NCBI GenBank assembly: GCA_964036045.1 | Contig: OZ038378.1 | Location: forward strand, 15,934,001-15,998,000 | Origin: Eutreptiella sp. 'Long Island Sound 2002' | Lineage: Eukaryota > Protista > Euglenida | Reading direction: 5' to 3' | DNA length: 64,000 nt | Shown here: positions 48,766-60,327 of the stretch, piece after piece | Numbering within the stretch: the stretch's first letter is position 1 | How the letters are laid out: the number at the start of each line of letters is the position of its first letter | Position numbers and translations under genes: made by a program | The notes under the pieces: model-generated | What the model was told of the DNA's origin: nothing | The model's database searches: none | Seen by the model: only the letters and a program-made list of their open reading frames with translations

Positions 48766-51700
48766 CGTGCAGTCCATTGACAACAGGTAGCCGTCACAGG
48801 AGCAGTGATCCAGTGCCCTGCTTTTTGTGTGACCTGCTTTTGATCGATGTCATTTGTGTCGCTGTGGAGTGGGGGATGAAAAGTGCAGTTTTGTGGGTCA
48901 GAGTTTGCCCCAGTGCTCAGCCTACCGGATGTAGTACGTGGCTCCCAACCTTCATTTAAAGCATCGCCAGTTGTGGGGCAAGGCACGAATCTGCCACTGA
49001 CAAAGCACTCAGCTGCAGCTCCTCCCTGCCTCCCTCCCTTCCTGCCTGCCTCCCCCCATGCCTCCCTCCCTCCATGCCTCCCCCCATGCCTCCCTCCCTC
49101 CATGCCTCCCTCCATGCCTCCCTCCCCCCCATCCCACCTCTTTCTGCACCTCCCGCCCTCCCAGACCATGACAGGGTTCATGTGCCCTTAAGCACAAACA
49201 CCCGCTGGTAATCAGAGGCAGCTGGGGTTCATCCCCATCAACTGAGCCTTTTTTTCATGACGGGGGCTCAGTGCCCCCTCAAAGAAACACCGAAGTTCTC
49301 GCTTTTCAACCCCATCACAATTTGGGCCAACTGCTTCAAACCAGTTGACATTGAGCCGTCCCCTACGTTAGCCCAGGTCTTAGACAACTGAGTAATCTCC
49401 CTGATTACCGTGACCATCACTGCACCTTTCTTTTCCCTCATCACTCCACTATAATAATGCACCGGACTAAAATGAATGGATGTTTGGCTATCAATTCAAT
49501 GCCATCTTCTCAGCTCCAGCTGTGCAGTCGGTACCACTGAAATGCACACAAGGCCCATAGAGGCAATAGCATGTATGTTGTAAGTCATGTAATTTATTTT
49601 TGCGGCGATTGCGAGTACCAAAAATATTGCACCGTCGTCTAATTTTTTTTCGCAATAAACTCGAGTACAAAAAAAAATGTGTTGGCGAGTACAGCAAAAC
49701 CAGGTACTTGCATGTACCCCAACAAAATTGCAGGACATTACGATTTTTTTGTACTCACATTTCCCGCAAAAGACAGGACGAATGTGCGAAAGATAGTACA
49801 TGCTAAGCAATGAGGACCCCTGAGAAGGTAGGGGTTATGTAGCTCTTTCAAACCTTTTTTGGCTTCGCCACGGGGTAAGAAAGGGGGGAAAAAAAGAGAG
49901 AGGTCCGGTCATATGATCAGGAGGTGGACCTCTTTGCGCCTCCACTCGCCTCAAGCGGGGCGTTGCCGCAAGGGAAGAAGGGGAAGGGGGGGAAAGCTCC
50001 TTCGCTTGTCCCTCCTCCAGCCACCAGCACAGTGGTGCAGCAAGGGAAGAAGGCGAAGGGAAAGAACACCGGCGTCAAGCACGAGATGCACCCTCTGTTG
50101 CACCTACCGCTTCTCGCTGGCATACTCGGAGTACCATCTCGAGCAAAACGGACCCGTTGGTGGAGGAAGATTGGTTGACGGACAAGGATACCTTGTGTTG
50201 GTTGAACCAAGAGATCTACCACATGGAACATGAACCACGTGCATGGACAGGGAAGCTCGGTCACCGGTTCCAAATCATCACAGGGCCTTTGAATGATCCG
50301 CATAGAGCGATTAGCATTAACCATGCTCAATGCATAGCCTGCAGAAATGGAACCCTGGTGTTCAACCAATCGGTTTGTGATGTGAAAACTACAAGTCCGA
50401 CCGTCCTTTTGGAACCACAAAGCTCGGGGCTTGATTGTAAAGCCGTGCCGCTTGAGTGCCTCTGAGAAAGGGCGGATCAAAGCAATGGAGCTCAAGGGTT
50501 CCCAAACCCAAATTATGAGAAGGTCCAACCAGACACAACAATCCATGCCACAAACAAACCAAATGCAACCCCTCCTTGTCATTGCTATTGACCACAGAGT
50601 GGTGACGGCACCAAGCCATGTCGTCTAGTGCGGAGCTAGATTGAACAACTTGCATCTGCTTGGGTGATCTGATATAACTAACAGCAAAAGCCCTCCTACC
50701 TCACCCAAGTTCAGCGTGCACTTTTTGAGACCAAGGAAGAGTGTTTAGGCCACCCCCACCACGCTCAAAGGCAAGGATGCCTCCTTTGAGCGAAGTATGG
50801 AAGGTTGAGACCCCAGGGGGCAACATTTCATGGCCCCACATGCCACAAAGGAGGACATCCATAGAGGAGGACACCCGTCAAAAGGTCCTCATGTGTGGAG
50901 AGGTGTTAGGTGCCGGATAGCTACCCCAAAAGTGCACCTAGCCAACTAGAGCATGACCAGCAGTTCATCGATGACCTAACCCAGCAGCTGAAGACTCATT
51001 TGTACAAGGCTTGTGAACGGAACACCAGTCCTGGTGCAAAGCCCAAGTCCTCCGATTCTAAGATTGACCTCATCTACAAACGTGCATTCTGCAACTACTT
51101 GTAGCGCTGCTTGTCGCGCTCCTATCTATCCTCCACTTCTTTCGTGTATTAAAGGTGGTGTCTATAAACGTGCTTTCACATGTGCCACTACTTGTAGCAA
51201 TGCATAAGTTGCCCCTTCTAGTGTAGCGCATCAGCTACCTACCTCTCACAAGCTACCTACCTCTCGAGCTCCTTGGTAGCCAACCTCCATCAGGCCTCCG
51301 AGTCCCAATTAATTGGTGGCCACACAGAGTATTTTGTGCTTTGTGGACGTGGCGTCCCATCGTTAAGGTCGCTATGGGGTATTTTACAAAACCGGCAATT
51401 GTACATATTGTGCACATACCGCAAAAGTGGGGTTATTGTGGGGAATAAAATTTACTCGCCTTTACAGTAAAAAAATATTACATGACGTTACCACAAAAAA
51501 AGTACACGCAACGACAACTCTTTTTTTCAGTGGTTTTTATAATTGCACAACACTACCGCAAAAAAACACTACACGATTTTACCGCAATAAAAAAAATAGC
51601 ACAAATTTACCGCCACAAAAAAGACGACAAGCACGGAAGTTTGTTTTACTCAAGTTACATGTTTCACGGCAATAGCACCATTGCATTGTACGAACGTCTT

Positions 51701-52932
51701 ATGCCGGAAGCTGCATGCATCATCAAATCTTCCAGTCATTCCATTTTCTTTGACTCCTTTGACTTGGATACTGACTCAACCACAAGCAACGGTCAGGTCC
51801 TCGACCAAGCCTTTTTTTCAGTGCCTCCCCCCCCCCCCCGTGTCCTTCAGATGGGACCCCCCCCCCCCCCCCCTGGGGCTGGGGTTGGGCCAACGATGGG
51901 TTGGTGGTGTTGAGGAGAAGAATTATATTCCTGGCACCGAAGGCACTGCAAATTTTTTCCCTTATATTTTCCTTCTTTTCTCATCCTTATTCTTATCTAT
52001 TTCTTTTCCTTTCTTATTTTCCTTATTTTCCTTTGTATTTGTCGGTCGGTGAGTGGGTGGGTGCCTCTTGGTAATCCCCCCCCCAGTGGGGGTAGGTCAA
52101 GTGCTGTGCGTGCCTGCCAAAAGTGGGTGCCTCCCTTCCCATTCTGCCCAACCCCTTCCTTGCTAAAAAAAAAAAGCCCTGTCCTCAACAATGTTTGTGT
52201 CCAGGTCATGTGATGTAAAGGTTGTACACCATGACCTTGTACAATTTTCAGGGTCGGTGTGTGTATGCCTCTGTGATTTGACCCCCCAACACCCCCTTAC
52301 TGCCCCTACTACCCCATTTGCACCAGCTGTGGGTGGGTGGGTGGGTGGCAGGCTGAGTCCCAACCCCCCCCCTCCCCCTGCCCCGACAGTCACTCAGCAA
52401 AGGTGCGGTTTCCATGATTTTGCCCTCTTCCCATTGCCGAGCCATGCCCACGCCAGCCCAAGCCATGACAACAACTGTGCACATGCATCTCCACAGGCAT
52501 TCCATGTTGCTGCCTGGTCTTCTTCTTGGGAGGGGCCAAGCAACATGACTGGGACCGTATCGAATCGTTACCACACGGTCACAACACCAGATTGAATCTT
52601 GGTATGCAAGGCCAATACCTTTGCCCAACCTAAGGCTATGGTGCAACAGCTTGGCACAGAAATGATAGGGCCCAGGCCGCTGAAGCACAGCCCCATGTTT
52701 CCTGGTTTCAGAGTGACCGTGCCCCTCCCACTGGTTCGGTAGGGTCTCCCCAGGGCGGGCGCGAACTAGGACTGCGCTGGAGGGGGAACCGAAAGTCTAC
52801 ACCCTCAACACGCCTTCGACGATCTCTCGGGTCTGTGCTACCAGGGTCTCCCACGCAGACCCCTGTGGCACTCCTGTTGCACAGGGGTCCGTGCTATGGG
52901 GCCTATGCCTATGCCAGGGCGGGGTCTATACT

Positions 52933-55900
52933 ATGGACATTGCTGCATGCTACGGTGGCCTGACACTTGGAAATTGGCAGTCAACCTGCTTTCTAGTGCC
53001 AAGCGTGTCCTCATTTCCTATTTTCCTATGCAGTCATTGACTTTGATGTGGGGGCTATTCTGCGGGTGCCTTATGAGGTGGTCCTCAACATCATTGGGTA
53101 CATCGACGTCAAACCGAAGACGCCAGTGATGAATGTCTGTCGGCAATGGCGACAGGCTGCTCGGCTGTGTATAAAGGTGTGCCTTCTGGAGCGCAGGCTG
53201 ACTTCCCGACAATCATTCAATGCGCGTTCCAGATGCGTCATGGTTTGCGCATGTGCGGATGGGAATGTCGGTGGGAAAATGTGGATGTGGAAGGGGATGC
53301 TGATGTCGATGTGAATGTGAATGGGATGGGGAATGCGGCAGTGAAATGTGGGTTTGGATGTGGATGCGGAGGAGGCGGTAAATATGACTGTGGCTGTGGA
53401 TGTTGATCAGGCCTTTTCCTGGTGCAGCGGATACCCTGCGGGTTGGGGGTGTGGTTTCTGAGGGGGTGGTCCAGAATGGAACCCTCCCTCGCACCCCTTT
53501 AAGGTGGGCTCTGGCCAGATTGGGGGTGGCGGGCTGGTCAGATCGGCATGCGGATTGCTTTGCGCCTTGTGGCTTGTGGCTTGTTGCATTTTCTTCCGAA
53601 TTGGCTTGTTGCACTCTCGTGTTTCCATCGGTGGGCCTGTGTCCTGGTCTAACAGCTCACCACGAAAATGTGGTAGATCCATCACATTGAAACCGCTGTG
53701 CGGGGGCGTTTGCAGACTGCACGGCACTGGGGCCGGTTGGCAACTGCTGCACAAGGGTAGGCGCGCGGGTGGATTGGTTGGTTTGAGGGGTTGGTGGGTC
53801 CAACTCCGCCCCGCCGCCCAAGTCATTACGAAAAGCCCTGATGTGGATGTGGACGTGGATGTGGACGTGGAGGTGGTTGTGGTTGTGGATGTGGTTGTGG
53901 ATTTGGATGTGGATGTGGATGTGGATGTGGATGTGGATGTGGATGTGGATGTGGAACGCAATCGGAGTTTATATATGCACGTGGACGGGGATGTGGACGT
54001 GTGGAATGGGATCCATCTGCCCTGTGGGCTCGACTACGCTGGCACTTTTGCGCTCGCAGAAAATTGGTCCATTTACGTCCCGGAGGCGCATGCGCGGTCT
54101 GATCTCGAACGACGTTGTGTCTCACCTCCTGTACCCCAACCTCCAGTCCCTCGACTTAGCGGAGTGTCAGCAACTGACGGATGAGGTTGTCACCTCATCT
54201 TGTGCTATCGTACGTTGCATCGAGGGGCCAAAGGGGGCTGGCCTGGCAGCGTGTGGTGATATGCAATGAGGGGGTCTGGACAGTGTGGTTGTGTGAGCTC
54301 AGATGGGCCACAAAGTGCTCGAGGCGGAGAAAAGGAGCACTTCCTTTTCTGCTGCATCCCCGAGGGAGGGGAATAAAACTGACAATGGTATGACCAATTT
54401 ATGCCAATTTTATGTATTCGGGGTTACCGCAATAAAAAGACTTGTTTTAGCACTCGGCTTCGATAGAAAAAAAGTTTTAATAGGGTAGAGCCAAACAGCA
54501 ACACAAAAATACTTGGGTTCATTCCAAGTGCAAGCTGTATGCATGGCACAGGAAGTATGGCAACAAGCAATTTGGGTGTGTGGCCCTGATGCAGCAGGCG
54601 ATACGTAGCCACAATCCGAACGCTTTTGGGTGTGTGGCCCTGGTACAGCCGGGGTTGTGCGGCCACAATCTACACTCTCTCTTGGAGCGTGGCCCCGTAG
54701 GTGGACGTCAAGTTTTCCCTCTCTGAAGCCACATTGCCCCCTGTGCTGTTGCATGCGGAGCTGTTATGCAATTGCACACCCCGACAAGGGAGGCGCGACA
54801 AAGTGCCCAAAGAGCAGGACCCCTCCATGCCACAAACAAGTCAGGATTGGGAGCTTTTCTGAAGAAAACAAAACTGTGCCCACTGTTGCCCCTCAAAACG
54901 TACGAGACCTCTTGTTGATGGAAGCAGATGGCTGTCTGCAGGTGTGAAACTCGGCACAATGTTCTAGAGGGCTCTTCCAAAGATACAGGGGGTCAATTTG
55001 ACAGTGACGAGCATTTTGTGATAGCGTGGTGCCCCCCCGAAAAGGGGAGTCCGAGAAAGGTTGTCGGGTAGAAGCCAGGCTTCGTTTATAAGAATTAAGT
55101 TGCAATGGGGCGGGGGGGCCTTCAGCCGGGTGGGTGGATCTAAAGCTCTAAACCCCCCCCGCTCTTATAATTCCAAGGGTTTCCTGGTTGGGCTCCTGCG
55201 ACCCCTTCTTTCTTTGGTCACAGGAGCCTTATGTGGCTGTTTGCTGGTGCCCCTTTCCGCTTTGTCGTCGTGTAGGCACCGTGCCAAAATCTCTTTGCGG
55301 TTGTGGGGTATTCATTGGATCCTCTGAACAAGCCAAAGGGGACATCTAAAGAGTGCGAAGCACAAGCAAAGGGTGCAAGGAAAGGAGAGTCAGCACTCAC
55401 TCACTTTTACCAAGGTGGCCCCAGTGCAGCCAACAGAAGCTTCAGCAGCCCGTTCTCGTCGCAACAGCAACAACCCACCCCTACACAACAACGTTGCACA
55501 GAGTGGCAGTTTTGCACAGAGCAAGAGTGCTGCACAGAGCAACAGTGCGGCACAGAGTCCCAGGTGGTCCCGAACAGAGGAGAATTGCTGCACAGGGCAA
55601 GATTCCTGCATGGAGCACCAGTCCTGCAGAGATCCCGGGACCCGCCTTTAACATTTCCCCGGGGCAGACCGGAGACCGGTCAACAATTAACGAAACGGCA
55701 CGAAGCTACTGGCGGGGCCGTACATTTTACTGGCATGTACAGGGCATCAATGGGTGACTTGCATATTGATGATTTTCTTTTTGCTATGTGTGTCACCTTT
55801 TGGGGCTGGGATGCCTAACCCGGGAGAGCGCCTTGGCTTCAATTTGGTTTATCAAAAATGCTCCCCACAGAATTATAAGAGGGGGGGGGGGTCTGAGTGG

Positions 55901-58900
55901 GTCAAAAGTTGGGTGGGTGGGTCCAAAGTTGGGTGGGTGGGTCTTGTCCAACCCCCCCCCCCCCCCTTATAAACGAAGCCCGGTAGAAACCCCACTCCGG
56001 CGCAGAGCCACAAAAACGGGCCAGGTCGGATTTGATTTGTAAGCCTGCATTTTGCAGCTGCTTGTTGTGCGTGCACCCGTGTCTGGCATGGCTCTTGACC
56101 CCACGTTGTCTTCTTCTTTCCATCTTTGATGGGTCCCAAAATTGGTGTGGTTGATGATTTTCGGGTGCCCCAAAGGTGTCAAAAGAAGCTTTTGGGGGGT
56201 CAAAGACCGTTGGAAGGATTTTTCACTGAATGCCAGGCACATGATGATTTTTGTGGACCCCCTTGTCATGCTGATGCCAACAATAAGATTTTCAGTGGCT
56301 CTTGGGGGGGGGGGGGGGGCTGAGTGGCGGGGCAAATGGTAATGAGTGGGAGGAGGCAGGGTGGGGCGGGATGTTGCAGGAGGTGCGGGGTGTGAATATC
56401 AGCAGCCGGATGCCGGGTGGGCAACGTTACGCAAATGCCATGAACCACGCCGTCCTGCTTTATCGCGCATCTTCCTTTATCGGCCCGTAAAAGGGGACAT
56501 CTGACAGAGTGCGCTTTCTGAATGGCATGGCATGCCCACACGTCCAAAACCAAGGGCGCCGCAGATGCGGAGAAAAGTGTTCGAAACAGTTGTTCACAGC
56601 ACACTATGGACCCTCAAGTGGTGGAGTTGTTTTGCGCAATTGTGTTGGTGTCTGCCGCGATCCCCCTCCCCAAGCCCCCTGCGGCTGCCTGACCCTGTTC
56701 CCAACCCTTGGGTCGAAGCCTCCCCTCCCCCCCACCCGCCCACACAGACTACTCAGAACCAGCCCCTGTTTTTCAGCACGCCCCAAAGGATCCTCCAAAA
56801 AGGTTTCAAAGGTGTTTCATAGTTAGCCCCCCCCCCCCCCGTGACCAGTCTGAGCCCAGTCTCGCTCCCCGCAGGAGCAAGGGCCACTGCGTGGCGTCAG
56901 GCAGATGCTCTTTACAGATGGTTTCTCACCCACATCACAACGGGGCACAGAAGCCAGCGATGATGATGAATGGCTGGCACCCTCCACACCGGACACCGCG
57001 TCCACGATCACGTGCAGCACAGAGGGCTTACGCTGCTGCACACCAGTAGCAGAACTCATGCACATCAGCACCCCCTGATCCCTGTCAAACCTGAACCCCA
57101 TGTCTGTGGCTGTGTGTAAGCTAACACCGAAACACCTGTACCCACTGGGGTTTTTCAATCCTAAGGACCAGCAACAAAGCCGGGATTGGTGGCGGCAATC
57201 CACTTGGTTGACCTCTGACTGAACCCCATACCCTCCGTGACCCGGTGGAAGTAGCTCGTAAGGTGTGTGGCCGAATGGGGCCAGCAACAGCAAGCGCACC
57301 GCGCAGGCGACGGCGACGGCAGCCAACATGGAACACTACAAGCAAGCCACGACCCAAACCCAGTCCACTAGGTAGCAGGCGCTAAAGCCCTGAACCCGCA
57401 GCCAGCTGGCCACCGCTGACCCAGACCAGGGAGGTGAGGGACGAGCACAATGGAGCGAACATGGCATCAGCCCGGCACCATCACTGGAACTGGAGAGGCA
57501 ATGAAGGCCGTGGGGCAGGCGCGGCTGGAGCTAAGTGGCGTGTCCACACCTGACCATTTGAGGCCCCCCCTGACCACCCCCACACACACACATACTGTGG
57601 GAGACGTGTGTGGAAGGGTGTGGGATGGAGGAGGGCTCATACAGGGTGGTGACGGTCCATTCTGTGTCTCAGGCGGTGCTGACCATTTCACAAGCATGTG
57701 CCAAGGGCTGCCCTTTGGTGAGGCTCAATCTGGAGTGCTGTCCATTCCTCTGCGATTTGCAGGTGCGGTGCTGCCGCGGTGCAGCGGGCAAAGGAGGGAG
57801 AGAGGGTTGGGGGAGGGCCCGAGGGGGATGGAGCTGGGACACGGGATTGGAAACGGGGCTCCGCGCCCGCCCAGGGACCATTGTGACTGTCCTGGCGGAT
57901 TTGATGTGCGTGACTCACATGCTGACGCCTGCCTTGCTTGCGCCCACACCCCCTGTTCAAGCCAGCCCTCCTGCCATCAGCAGCTGTGAAATCCCAATCA
58001 CGTCAGCTATGCGGTGGCAGAAACAAGTTTGGCTGCTGCCGCACTGTGGCTGTCAAAAGGCCTGGCAGGATTCGATTCAATCGGAACCGTTTGCGTTGCA
58101 TTGGATTCGATTGGAGTTCTAAGATCGGATGAGTGTTTCAGCCTCGGGGATCACCATTGAAGACTGGCCATGTGAATGCACTTCAACGAGCTCCGAAAGT
58201 CGTGGCACTTGCCACAGCACCACTGGACTTGTGTGGTGTTCTCCAGCGGAGCACGCCTCCCCCTGGCGGACCACTCCCCGTCGCGTGTCCGCCTCCGAAG
58301 CACCCCCTTGGTCGCCTGGATGCGCCCTCTTGCATTGCTTAAGCTCCTGGACGCTTCAAGCAGCGTTCCAGCCCCACGCCGATCCCACGCAGGGTCTGTG
58401 TCCCCGTGCGGACCTTGTCATGCGAGTCCGTGAAAACTGCCCCTCTTTTTTTTCGTGCCTACGCCAAGAAGGAAAGCTGCCAGGAGAACGGTTCTCGAAG
58501 GGGTTTTCACCGCCCATATGTGCCTGACAATGCCCAGCGCGACGCGATGGTACCCACGCACCCCGTGCCGACCCCCCTCAGATGGAGTAGAGGGGGCGGC
58601 TTGAGTTGGCCAGGGCCCCTCCCCCACACCCTCGCGTGCCTGATCCTGCCTCGAGCCCCTGGCCCAACCGCCCCAAAAACCAACTGAGACCTCCGCCTTG
58701 TTCAGGCGGAGCCCCAAAAGGACGTCAAGACAGAGCGTTGCATCCGTTCGAACGGCGCCTCCCCTGACCCCCAACCCCAACTTCCGATCACGAAGTCGGT
58801 TGCTGACGCGCCGCCTCCCGGACTCGCACCTTCGCTTTGTCTGCTTTTGCAGGGCCTGCGGAGCAGCACATTGCAGTGGCTCAACATCAATGGATGCTGC

Positions 58901-60327
58901 CGCCTGGAATACCCCCCAGTGCACGCCAATCTGCCTGCGCTGACTCAGCTGTTGTACTCTGACAGGTATGCTCTGTGGTGGTGGTGCATCCGTGTTGGCT
59001 CCTGCGCAGGGGCGTGTGTTCGGGCTGCGGCCCAGTGTCCCTGTGAGGTGACCTCCACCCTACCTCACCCAGGCGTGCTGCACGGGCTGCTCTTGATACG
59101 CCACGCATCCACGACTGCAACATGTCTCCACTGGCCATCCCTCTCCAGTGGTATGACGGGCCGCCCTTTGGCGGTGGTACCCAATGCTCCCTCTCACCGC
59201 ATGCCCTCCACACGTGTGCGGCATGCAGGGCGCCCCCTCACGGCGTGGGCTCAGGGCAGGCGTTCCCGTCCTTTGTGGGGCGGGGACCGCCAACTCCCGC
59301 CCGATGATGCGGCGGTGTTCACGCAGCGCAGCGGTAGGCCCCATGACCCGACTCCGTGCCTGTTCACGTGCCTGTTCACGTGCCTGTTCACGGCTGCCTT
59401 TCTCTTTAAGTCTGGCTATGCCCCCCCCCCCCCTCCCCACGCACGATGCCTCGCTGCACACGTACACGAATCCCTGACACCGACTCTCAACCTCCAGCCA
59501 CGCCACGCCCTCACGCACAGTTCGGGGCAGTACTCGTCGACCTTCGCAGTGCGGCTGTTGCAGATGTTCCCTCCCGCGGTCCTTTTGCCGGTCATCAACG
59601 TCACGGTCCGCACGGTCACGGGGGCCTCGTTTGTCCTCCACAATCTTCCGAAGGTATGCCCTCAGAAGCGAGGGCAAGAACACCACGAAGAGGGGGTGCC
59701 CGTGCCCCCGCGTGTCCCTGAACTGTCTCTGCCCCATCGATGCTTACTGCCTCGACCGCCCTCACCGCGCTCGTCCCCGCCCGTTTGTGACCTTCAGAAG
59801 TTACTCTGCAACCATTTTTCCAACCGCCAGTAACCGCTGACATTTAAGTACAGCCCCACCCCCTAAAGGGGCAGAAGCGGCGGGCAGCGTTATAGATTCA
59901 GTCCGCTCAGTGCCCCCCCCCCGCCCCGGCCGCTGCCACCCTCCAACCCATGTGCGTTTATAGGTAACAACTGTTGGGCAGCTGCGAAAGCTCGTGGCAC
60001 GTCATTTCCAGGTATGCCCCCTTCCCGAGTGTGCTCCTCACGTGAACCGCCGGCGTTGTGCCCTAATCTTGCTTTGCCCTTCACGCCCCCCCCTCTACTA
60101 CAGTCCTGCATTATCCTCATCACAGCCCCCCCACTGCGCATGCCCTGCATCACGTGCACTCGGCTCTTTGCATCCCTCAGACAACCAAAACCGTATACAC
60201 ATTGGTCTACAAGGAGCAGGAGCTGTCGTTCGACACGCAGTCTGTGGCGGACTACAACATTCGGAACAATGCCGTGGTGTACATATCGTTCCGGATGTGC
60301 TCCGACGATAACACGATTTGCACTTGA
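52933..60327 (+). CDS. F-box/LRR protein with C-terminal ubiquitin-like domain, about 270 aa. Exons (52933-52954 tentative), 53034-53176, 54060-54185, 57673-57762, 58853-58965, 59521-59653, 59964-60011, 60181-60327
   Basis: GT-AG introns with consistent phases. F-box ILRVPYEVVLNIIGYID..VMNVCRQWRQA. LRR units LQSLDLAECQQLTDE|AVLTIS, LVRLNLECCPFL, LQWLNINGC. UBL INVTVRTVTG...|VTTVGQLRKLVARHFQ|...YTLVYKEQEL...SVADYNIRNNAVVYISFR. The tentative first exon lies in repeat-like sequence. Confidence 0.85.
53279..54003. repeat. Two GATGTG-type hexamer microsatellite blocks (53279-53402 and 53839-54003) in an intron of the F-box gene
   Basis: Runs of gatgtg/gacgtg/gttgtg seen directly. Confidence 0.85.
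55076..55982 (+). mobile_element. hAT-type non-autonomous element, 907 bp, same termini as 41396-41982, 8-bp TSD gtagaa(g/a)c
   Basis: caggcttcgtttataag ... cttataaacgaagcccg. TSD matches at 7 of 8 positions (55068-55075 and 55983-55990). About 200 bp at each end are shared with 41396-41982; the core differs and contains 18-bp tandem units. Confidence 0.92.
58487..58691 (+). repeat. 205-bp dispersed repeat, copy 2 (F-box gene intron)
   Basis: Matches 34957-35161. Confidence 0.92.

Noticed and set aside
53826-54059. MWMWMW, DVDVDV and HPHPHP repeat proteins
   Set aside because: Translations of an intronic GATGTG microsatellite.
55303-55818. 171-aa ORF with CTEQ repeats as a host gene
   Set aside because: It lies inside a TSD-flanked element within an intron, and the periodicity comes from an 18-bp DNA repeat.
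27859-60327. Euglenid non-conventional (non-GT-AG, stem-forming) introns
   Set aside because: Every junction I could resolve is canonical GT-AG. The unresolved formin 5' end gives no positive evidence.
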